The notes beneath the pieces were generated by a model. It worked only from the letters and a program-made list of their open reading frames with translations, had not been told where the DNA came from and ran no database searches. From an uncultured Candidatus Saccharibacteria bacterium (lineage in GTDB: Bacteria > Patescibacteriota > Minisyncoccia > Minisyncoccales > GWA2-38-27), in contig CAZSQP010000002.1 in the NCBI GenBank assembly GCA_964609075.1, positions 72,235 to 136,234 of the forward strand: 64,000 nt of DNA, read 5' to 3'. The position numbers were made by a program, and so were the translations under genes. The first letter of the stretch is position 1; each line of letters starts with the position of its first letter. Shown here piece by piece: positions 25,274 through 32,566 of the stretch.

Positions 25274-27450
25274 AAGTTTGTATTATTTACCCCACCCCTC
25301 AACTCACTATTGTTTTTCTCTTTAGAGATAGTGAGCGAGGCGGTAGGATAGATTAACATTTTTCTTTTATCGCTTGGGTCTTGCTCTTGCATTATCAAGC
25401 CAGCAGTTTCCAGCATTGGAATGATTTGTTGCCGCAACTGCCAATCAGCGATAAATCGTCCATAAACCTGATAATGCTTTTGGATTATATCTTGACGGCT
25501 CAATCCCAACTCCCCAGTGATTTCTTCAAATCCTTCAGCCCTGTTTTTGTTTTTATCATCCCAAGCAGTTAAAATAACTTCCTGATAGAGATGGTAAATA
25601 TAGGGCGGCAGGTTAAGTTCTTGGCTTTCAGAGATTGCATTCCAAATTTTGAACGCTTCTTCAATGTCCTCATCGCTTGCCACAATAACCAAGCCGTCGT
25701 TTTTTCTGAACCACAGATTTAACAAAGCAAAAGATTTTATCAAAGAGATAAGCCGCCCGATGTCTCTTGAATGTCTGGGCTTGAGCATTTTGTTTTTCTT
25801 GAAAAATCTTTCTTCAATTTTCTCTGGCGAGCCGATTTTAATTTCTTTGACATTTTCTTGCTTAATTGCTCGTATCCTTTCTTTCAATAGTTTCCTTTCG
25901 GGGTTATCGTCCAGCCACTTTTGATAGGTGTCAGCGTCAGTTTCCTTTTTGATTTTCTCGTGGATTGCTTCCCTGATTTTTTCTTGGTTTGTCTCTGGGC
26001 TAAGCAATAAAAACCTTGTTGCTTCCTGTTCGTCAATTTTTAACCCAGCAGTGCAGAAAATTACTGACGGATAACCCCTTAACAAGACATTTTTAGTCTT
26101 TAATCCGAATTTCTGCGTTTTATCAGTGATTTTCAGTGATATTTCTTTTTTGTCGTGAGAAAGCAGAGGTCTTAGCCGTTCCAAGAGTTGAGTGTGCGGC
26201 TGGTCAAGAAAAATTAAAACCTTTCTGGACAAATCAACCAAATATCCTTTTTTCTCTTTTTGGTATTCTCCTATGTCGTGAAAAAAGGCGGTGGGAGAAC
26301 AATAGCCAATTTCAATAATGTCTTCTTCGGGGAACAGCCGAGCGATTTCGGTGGGGATATAAGACTTGCCAGTTGATGACGGAGCGTTGAAGCTGATATT
26401 AAACTGGGAGTTTTCTGTATAAGCAGAGAGTTCACATAAAAAAGTTATCAATTTATTTTCCTCGTCTTTTTTGATGGTCAGACCCAGTGTTTTGATGAGC
26501 TCTGATGAGGAGAGTGATTTGAATTGCGAGGTATCAATTTTTTCTGGATACTCTTTTGCGTATTTACCAAATAAATCATCGGGATTGCCGTTGAGTTTTA
26601 CAAAGTAATCGGTTATGTCGCCGCCTTCGCCGACTTCCTCTGGCAGTGTGATGATGTAGGTCTCATTTCCACCATTTTCCACCATTTTTGCCACTCGTTC
26701 AGCTCCTTTCTTGCCCGCCTCGTCATTGTCAAAGCAAATATAGATTTTGCTAACATTTGCTAACCTTTTGCACCACTCTTGCTTAAAGGTCATTGCTCCG
26801 TGCGTGGAAGTGATGGCTGGTATTCCTTTTGATAATAAAATCAATCTATCAAACTCGCCTTCGCAGGTTATAATTTTATTAGTGGCGGTTTTGAGCGTTT
26901 CCCAGCCATAGATTTGAGCTTCAATTCCTCTGGGGTAGGTTATTTTTTCATCGCCTTCATTCGGGTCTTGTCTTAGCTTAAAAAACACAAAATTCCCACC
27001 AATATCTTGAATGGGAATAGTAATCCACCATTTGCCGTAAAACTTGCCCCAACCGAGCTTAAAATCGCTTACAAGGGCGTCCGTAATGCCTCTGGCGTGC
27101 AGATATTGGCGAATATGGTCTGGAATGGCTTGATGACAGGTTTCTACCAGAGAAGTGTCAAATTTCGGATATTTTCGGATATTTTTCGTGGATTTTCGTG
27201 GATTTAGAGCAATGTCGTCTATGCTGTCGCCAAGATGTTCGGCAAGCGTTATGATGTTGCCTTTCTCCCCGCATTTCTTGCAATCGTATTGTCCAGTTTC
27301 AGTATCAAAGTAAAGATGTTTTTCATCGCTTCTGCTGTCGTCATCGCAGTTGTTAAATAGGCAACGGGTTATCAGTTCTCCATTTTGTTCTTTGAAAGGA
27401 ATGCCTTTGCGGGTTAGGTATTCTTTAATTGTAATGGTTTGTAATTCCAT
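25270..27450 (-). CDS. primase (zinc finger + TOPRIM) fused to a P-loop ATPase and a C-terminal winged-helix
   Basis: Cys cluster RCLFNNCDD...YDCKKCGEKG, TOPRIM ITCEGEFDRL / CFDNDEAGKKG, Walker A NAPSSTGKSY, Walker-B-like VLIFLDQPH, and a C-terminal wHTH-like region (LETAGLIMQEQDPSDKRKMLIYPT). Confidence 0.8.
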   Translation of the reverse strand: MELQTITIKEYLTRKGIPFKEQNGELITRCLFNNCDDDSRSDEKHLYFDTETGQYDCKKCGEKGNIITLAEHLGDSIDDIALNPRKSTKNIRKYPKFDTSLVETCHQAIPDHIRQYLHARGITDALVSDFKLGWGKFYGKWWITIPIQDIGGNFVFFKLRQDPNEGDEKITYPRGIEAQIYGWETLKTATNKIITCEGEFDRLILLSKGIPAITSTHGAMTFKQEWCKRLANVSKIYICFDNDEAGKKGAERVAKMVENGGNETYIITLPEEVGEGGDITDYFVKLNGNPDDLFGKYAKEYPEKIDTSQFKSLSSSELIKTLGLTIKKDEENKLITFLCELSAYTENSQFNISFNAPSSTGKSYIPTEIARLFPEEDIIEIGYCSPTAFFHDIGEYQKEKKGYLVDLSRKVLIFLDQPHTQLLERLRPLLSHDKKEISLKITDKTQKFGLKTKNVLLRGYPSVIFCTAGLKIDEQEATRFLLLSPETNQEKIREAIHEKIKKETDADTYQKWLDDNPERKLLKERIRAIKQENVKEIKIGSPEKIEERFFKKNKMLKPRHSRDIGRLISLIKSFALLNLWFRKNDGLVIVASDEDIEEAFKIWNAISESQELNLPPYIYHLYQEVILTAWDDKNKNRAEGFEEITGELGLSRQDIIQKHYQVYGRFIADWQLRQQIIPMLETAGLIMQEQDPSDKRKMLIYPTASLTISKEKNNSELRGGVNNTNL

Positions 27451-27472
27451 AGTTTTGTAATGTTAGGTTTTG

Positions 27473-27670
27473 TTAGGTTTTTAAGTCGCCAGTTTGTCGG
27501 CGGCGTTCCTGTAATTTTTGGTATTCGGCTTCGGTCATTGGTTTGTAAATCAACTCAACAAGTCGGATGAGTTTTGCACCCTGCTCATACGCTTCCTCTC
27601 GGCTTATTTCTTTGCCGAAGCGATTTTTGTAAAGCGTTTGGTATTTTTTTATTTGCTCATCCGACAACAT
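27473..27670 (-). CDS. hypothetical small protein
   Basis: 65-aa helical ORF, 22 nt upstream of the primase start, in the same operon. Confidence 0.5.
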   Translation of the reverse strand: MLSDEQIKKYQTLYKNRFGKEISREEAYEQGAKLIRLVELIYKPMTEAEYQKLQERRRQTGDLKT

Positions 27671-27674
27671 AGTT

Positions 27675-27968
27675 TTATTCGGAGTAAATTCGGTTCTTCA
27701 ACATTTTCACATTGTCAAAGAACGCCCGTGCTTTAACTTCCAAGCGGTCTGCCCAGTAGTCATCAACGACCTTTTCAATGCCGATTGCTCGGCGAAAGAT
27801 GAACTGGACTTTTCGGGGGTTGGCTTTGTCTAATGAGACAAGCTCAAAACCCGCACTTATCAATGCGGCTGAACACCCCAAATCAAAGGTGTAAAAATAG
27901 TTTGTTTGGTCATCTAAAGGAATGTATTGATATTCCTCTGGCTGACCCTTTTTTAATGGTTTGGTCAT
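27675..27968 (-). CDS. hypothetical protein (resembles the family I recall as DUF5659)
   Basis: 97 aa. TFDLGCSAALISAGFELVSLDKANPRKVQFIFRR ... KMLKNRIY. The family assignment is from memory only. Confidence 0.5.
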   Translation of the reverse strand: MTKPLKKGQPEEYQYIPLDDQTNYFYTFDLGCSAALISAGFELVSLDKANPRKVQFIFRRAIGIEKVVDDYWADRLEVKARAFFDNVKMLKNRIYSE

Positions 27969-28043
27969 ATAATTTTTGGTTAAGTTAATAATTAGTTTGC
28001 GACCCTCTACTAATAGATGGCGAATTTCACGCTTTGTCGTAGG

Positions 28044-28078
28044 AAAACAAAAAACTCCCCATTTTGTGAGGAGTTTTC
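28044..28078 (-). terminator. rho-independent terminator of the 696-aa gene
   Basis: The minus strand reads aaaactcctc acaaaat ggggagtttt followed by ttgtttt. Confidence 0.7.
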
Positions 28079-28114
28079 CGTAGGAGATTTATTAAAAGTT
28101 AAAGGTTAATTTCG

Positions 28115-30205
28115 CTACTGGTATTCGTCGTAGACTTCTGGGGTTTGTCTTTTATATTCTTCTTCTATTCCTAAATCATCTTTGTCTTTATTGGCATTAG
28201 CTTTTTCTTTTTTGTCTGGCGGCGGTATCAGAGTAATTTTAATTTTATAAGAATTGCCGCTTTTTTCTGTTGATGAGTGATATGGGTAAAAGGGGTCATA
28301 ATCAAGTAAGAAGTAGTTTTGAAGTGCTTTTGCCAGCAATTCTTTTTGTTTTTTATATTTATCTCTTGCTTGTGCGTCTTTGATTGTCAATTCACCATTG
28401 ACCTGTGCCAGCACTTTCATAAATGTCCACGCTTCGCTTGGATTTGGGTTTTTACCTCGCCCGACCATTCCCATTTCTTTGTAGTCAGCATTATGTTTGA
28501 ATTGTTTTACTTGGATAAAAACATTTTCGTCATCCTCAAATTTAATAGTGAAATTTTCCCATTTCGTTCCTGCTGGCAATTTATAAGGAAATTGATTTTT
28601 TCTTTCCTTTTTTTTGGTTTGAGCGATTGCTTTTAGTCCGTCTTGCAATCCTTCTACTTCCATTCTGCCGCCAACGATTTGGATTTTTTGTATCCGTTCG
28701 TGAGTATGGGATATTTTTGGGTCATATTCCCCAAGTAGTTTTTCGGTAGCTAATTTTTTAAGTGCGGGTATTTTAGATTTGACGAGCTTCGCTTTTATAA
28801 AAACATTGTCTTTGTCTGTCCATTCTTGTTTATCGTTGCTTAGCTCTTTTATGGTAAAAAATCCCTCTTTCTCTAATGCCAGCATTGTCCTTAAAACATT
28901 GATATTCGGGTCTCGTATCTCGTTAAATTTGATAACCAGTATTTCGTTTTCAAATTGATTGTAAAGGTTTGCGATATAGTTGAGCAATACTTCCCTTTGC
29001 TTTTTGTAGGCATAATAATTATGAGAGACGCCTCGCAAATAAGAGGGTGTCTCAAGGTGTTTGGTATCGGGATAAAATTCTTTTACCGCCTCAATCTTTT
29101 CTGCGTTGACTTTATTGGCGATAAATTCACTGATTTCTTCGTCAACATCTTTTTTTAATCTTTTTTCATCCAATATCTCAATATCAAAACCATCATCAGC
29201 TTCTACCTTATGCGGATTATTATCTAAATCTCTGATTAAGTTCCAATTAAAGGCAATTTCTTGATGAAAGCGAGGGTCGGTTTCAATTAAAATATCCTCT
29301 GGGGTAGTATTAGCACCGAAGAAAATAATATCGGTAATAAATAAATCCCAAAGAGAATAACAAATTTGTTCTATTGTGTTGTTGTTAAATGATAATTCGG
29401 TTATTGGGTGAGGTAGGTCGTCTCTCCAAGTTTCAACTAAAATTTTCTTTTTTAGATACAAATCTAAATCATTGTTTTGCCCAACCTCTTTACTTATTTT
29501 TTTGACTTTGTAATTTTTTAGAGTAAAGCCATCATATTTTAATAACTTATTAAATTTGTCTTCGTATGTTTTGGCGATTTCCTCGTTTCCATTGTGCATT
29601 AAAGGATGGCTTGCTTCTTCAATAATCTTAAAGAGGATTTCTTGATTTTTTGGATTTGGCGAGGTGGCAAGTGCTATAAAGACATCATAGACCATCCGCC
29701 ATTTTGTTTGAGGATATTCAATGAGTTTTTTATCAACTCCACAATCGGTTAAAAAATTTATAAGATTTGTTCCTGTTTCTAAATTACCGATTTCTCTGGC
29801 AATAAGTTCCAGAGACTTCGGCTTTATAACTGATTGTGAAATTTTGGTTTCTGGAACAGCATTTTTATTTTCCGAGTAGCTACTCCCGCTTTCGTAGAGA
29901 CGATAAAGTTCATCAAATTTGGATTGGCGAATTGCTAAGAGATACGCCGTTGGCGGTGCAAATAAATTATCATCCACAAAAAATCCAGTTGGTTCTAAGT
30001 CCAAAGCCTTCCATTCTTTTAATTTATTGAGTAGTTTCCTTTGAGCTTCAGCCGACGGCAAGTTATCATCGGTCTTTCTTGAGTATTTCGGTGGTTTTCT
30101 TAAAGTAAACTCTACCTTTTCTCCTTTAGGGGTGGAGAGCTGTTCTTTTCTTATTTCTTGCAAAATCCACCAAATCTCTTGATTAAATTTTTCCTCTGGG
30201 GTCAT
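28115..30205 (-). CDS. large orphan protein (696 aa), function unknown
   Basis: A long uninterrupted ORF with its own terminator. I could find no catalytic or nucleotide-binding motif by eye. The C-terminal tail is Lys- and acid-rich. Confidence 0.7.
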   Translation of the reverse strand: MTPEEKFNQEIWWILQEIRKEQLSTPKGEKVEFTLRKPPKYSRKTDDNLPSAEAQRKLLNKLKEWKALDLEPTGFFVDDNLFAPPTAYLLAIRQSKFDELYRLYESGSSYSENKNAVPETKISQSVIKPKSLELIAREIGNLETGTNLINFLTDCGVDKKLIEYPQTKWRMVYDVFIALATSPNPKNQEILFKIIEEASHPLMHNGNEEIAKTYEDKFNKLLKYDGFTLKNYKVKKISKEVGQNNDLDLYLKKKILVETWRDDLPHPITELSFNNNTIEQICYSLWDLFITDIIFFGANTTPEDILIETDPRFHQEIAFNWNLIRDLDNNPHKVEADDGFDIEILDEKRLKKDVDEEISEFIANKVNAEKIEAVKEFYPDTKHLETPSYLRGVSHNYYAYKKQREVLLNYIANLYNQFENEILVIKFNEIRDPNINVLRTMLALEKEGFFTIKELSNDKQEWTDKDNVFIKAKLVKSKIPALKKLATEKLLGEYDPKISHTHERIQKIQIVGGRMEVEGLQDGLKAIAQTKKKERKNQFPYKLPAGTKWENFTIKFEDDENVFIQVKQFKHNADYKEMGMVGRGKNPNPSEAWTFMKVLAQVNGELTIKDAQARDKYKKQKELLAKALQNYFLLDYDPFYPYHSSTEKSGNSYKIKITLIPPPDKKEKANANKDKDDLGIEEEYKRQTPEVYDEYQ

Positions 30206-30234
30206 AGTAATTTTTGGTAATAATCATTTAATGT

Positions 30235-30263
30235 TGCAGATATTCTTTCTCTGCTGTATAATA
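30235..30263 (+). promoter_or_regulatory. sigma70-type promoter for the HTH gene (near-leaderless transcript)
   Basis: TTGCAG (30235-30240), 17 nt, TATAAT (30258-30263). The ATG at 30274 lies only 10 nt after the -10 element. Confidence 0.6.
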
Positions 30264-30273
30264 ATGGTATCAA

Positions 30274-30495
30274 ATGTTAAGTAAAAAATCAATGACAGAA
30301 ACAGCGAAAAACAAAGAAGAAATACCAGAATTGCTCACCCTTCAAGAAGCGTGTGATATTTTGAAGTGCCACCCTAACACTTTACGCCAGTGGGACAGGA
30401 AAGGCATTTTGGTTGCTGTTCGTTTTGGCGAAAGAAAAGACAGGCGTTATCGCAAAGAGGATATTTTGAAGTTATTAAACCAAAAGAAAAGATGA
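30274..30495 (+). CDS. excisionase/MerR-type HTH DNA-binding protein (candidate recombination directionality factor or regulator)
   Basis: LLTLQEACDILKCHPNTLRQWDRKGILVAVRFGERKDRRYRKEDI matches the HTH_17/excisionase pattern. Confidence 0.7.
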   Translation: MLSKKSMTETAKNKEEIPELLTLQEACDILKCHPNTLRQWDRKGILVAVRFGERKDRRYRKEDILKLLNQKKR

Positions 30496-30517
30496 TATAA
30501 ACCATTAACAATTTAAT

Positions 30518-30699
30518 TGCCTAACCCTCGTTGAGGTATGGCATTAAAAAACCTACCACAGGATAGAGAGCTCGTCGTCAGAGCACCTGTGGTAGGTCAT
30601 ATCCCGAAAGGGGTATGGGTGGAGCAATCCATCGCTGGCGGCGAGCTTTGTGGTTTTACCGCCAGAGGCATAAATTAAATAACAAAACCTACCACAGGT
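30518..30699 (+). promoter_or_regulatory. hairpin-dense structured leader upstream of mod (candidate RNA switch, or ori/iteron region)
   Basis: Perfect 12-bp hairpin acctaccacagg (30551-30562) / cctgtggtaggt (30586-30597). GAAA-loop hairpin at 30598-30617, GCAA-loop hairpin at 30618-30633, and ctggcgg/ccgccag at 30635-30665. A second direct copy of aaaacctaccacagg lies at 30684-30698, ending 1 nt before the ATG. Confidence 0.55.
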
Positions 30700-32562
30700 A
30701 TGCCAAAAAAATTACAATTACAATCAATTGAAAAAGCCAAAGGCAGACCAATGCTTCAATGGGCAGGTAAAAAGCCTTTGGACAAAATAGAATACTATCC
30801 AGCCCAAGAAAAAGAAGTTTATGGCGACAAAAACTCCAAAGATTTTAATAAACTTTTCTGGGGCGACAACCTTCAAGTTTTAGCCCATCTCTTAAAAGAA
30901 TATAGGGGCGAGATTGATTTAATTTATATTGACCCGCCTTTTGATAGCAAAGCCGAGTATGTGAAAAAAGTAAAAATCAGGGGTGAAAAAATAGAAGGCG
31001 AACAGCATAGTTTGTTAGAAGAAAAACAATATACTGACATCTGGGAGAAAGATGAGTATTTGCAGTTTATGTATGAGCGGCTTTTAATTATGCGTGAACT
31101 TCTTGCTGATACGGGGAGTATTTATTTACATTGCGATTGGCACAGGGGGGCGTTTTTAAGGATGATAATGGATGAAGTTTTTGGCGAGGGAAATTTCAAA
31201 AATGAAATTGTTTGGCATTATATGACTTATCAGGGGCAGGTTGAAAAATACTTCCCTCGTAAGCACGACCATATTCTTTTTTATACCAAAACTAAAGAGT
31301 ATGACTTTAAGTTGTTAAAAGATAAGGAATTTGAAAAGAATATAGACTATAAACGCTGGCATAGATATTTGATAAATGGAAATGAAATCAGGGGTAATAA
31401 CTATCCAAAAGATGACACTCGTTTTGATGTATTTATAAATAAATGGCGTGAAAAAAATAAAAGAGAGCCGACTAAAGATGATGTAATTTATCGTCTGGAA
31501 GGATACACAATTGATAGTGTCTGGAACATAAAAGCCGAAGACCCCAAAAGTTTAACAAGAACGGGCTATCCAACCCAAAAGCCAGCAGAGCTTATAGAAA
31601 GAATTATTGAAGCGTCATCAAAAGAGGGCGATATTGTAGCTGATTTTTTTGTTGGCTCTGGCACTACTCCAGCCGTTGCTCAAAAACTCGGCAGACGCTG
31701 GATTGCCTGCGATATTAACTTGGGAGCAATACAAACTACCGCCAAACGGCTTAATCAAATCATTCAAAAGCAATCAAAAGAAAAAGCTAAAGATTTTAAG
31801 GGCATACACGCTTTCAAAATCTACAATGTCAACGATTACGATATTTTCAAAAATGAACTGGAAGCAAAAGAAATCGTAATGGAGATGTATGGTGTAGAGC
31901 CGATAAAGCGAAGTTATTTTGACGGCGTTCTGGATAACAACTTTGTAAAAGTAATGCCGATGAACCGAGTATTGAATAAGTTGGATATTAAGACGGCGTT
32001 GAAAAATGTTGAAGACAAGATTGACACTTTCTCGGTTAAGAAAAAATCAAAATCTGGCGAGCCAGTTTATGAGGAAGGCGTTTTGATTATTTGTTCTGGA
32101 ATGGAGCTTGATGTGTCAGATTATTTGAAGAAAGAAAACAAAACAGGCGTGAAAGTAGAAATCCGAGATATTTTAACTGACAAGAAAAACCTCATTTTCA
32201 AAAAGAAGCCCGAAGCGAAGATTGAAGTGAAAGCTAAAGACAAGAAGCTGTCAGTTGAACTCAAAGAGTTTTATTCACCAATTTTGATGAGAAAGTTAGA
32301 AATTGAAAACGCCAGAACACTTAAAAAAGAGTATCAAGCCAAAGTAAAAGATTTTAAGCAAATCATAGATAGCGTGGCTATTGATATTGATTATGACGGC
32401 AAACTCTTTAATGCCGAAATTACTGATTTGCCGAGTAAAAAAGAAATAATCAAAGGCAAATACGATTGGGATTACAAGCAAAAGGGCAAATATGCCGTAG
32501 CTGTAAAAATCGTTGATGTGCTTGGTGAGGAATACTTTGAAACCTTTGAGGTATCAGCATAA
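30700..32562 (+). CDS. mod: type III restriction-modification Mod subunit (beta-class N6-A/N4-C DNA methyltransferase)
   Basis: Motif IV DLIYIDPPFDS lies N-terminal to motif I DIVADFFVGSGTTPAVAQKLGRRWIACDIN (beta-class order). A Res-type helicase-nuclease gene follows immediately. Confidence 0.85.
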   Translation: MPKKLQLQSIEKAKGRPMLQWAGKKPLDKIEYYPAQEKEVYGDKNSKDFNKLFWGDNLQVLAHLLKEYRGEIDLIYIDPPFDSKAEYVKKVKIRGEKIEGEQHSLLEEKQYTDIWEKDEYLQFMYERLLIMRELLADTGSIYLHCDWHRGAFLRMIMDEVFGEGNFKNEIVWHYMTYQGQVEKYFPRKHDHILFYTKTKEYDFKLLKDKEFEKNIDYKRWHRYLINGNEIRGNNYPKDDTRFDVFINKWREKNKREPTKDDVIYRLEGYTIDSVWNIKAEDPKSLTRTGYPTQKPAELIERIIEASSKEGDIVADFFVGSGTTPAVAQKLGRRWIACDINLGAIQTTAKRLNQIIQKQSKEKAKDFKGIHAFKIYNVNDYDIFKNELEAKEIVMEMYGVEPIKRSYFDGVLDNNFVKVMPMNRVLNKLDIKTALKNVEDKIDTFSVKKKSKSGEPVYEEGVLIICSGMELDVSDYLKKENKTGVKVEIRDILTDKKNLIFKKKPEAKIEVKAKDKKLSVELKEFYSPILMRKLEIENARTLKKEYQAKVKDFKQIIDSVAIDIDYDGKLFNAEITDLPSKKEIIKGKYDWDYKQKGKYAVAVKIVDVLGEEYFETFEVSA

Positions 32563-32566
32563 CTTT

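Noticed and set aside
30538-30678. A 46-aa ORF spanning the structured mod leader, as a feature call
   Set aside because: The GAGG sits only 1-2 nt from the ATG. The open frame coincides exactly with GC-rich stems bearing GNRA loops, which by themselves deplete stop codons. It is retained only as an alternative hypothesis.
32513-32566. The ORF-track start of res at 32513, which overlaps mod by 50 nt
   Set aside because: The extension (MMCLVRNTLKPLRYQHNF) is simply the out-of-frame 3' end of mod. ATG 32567 follows the mod stop by 5 nt.
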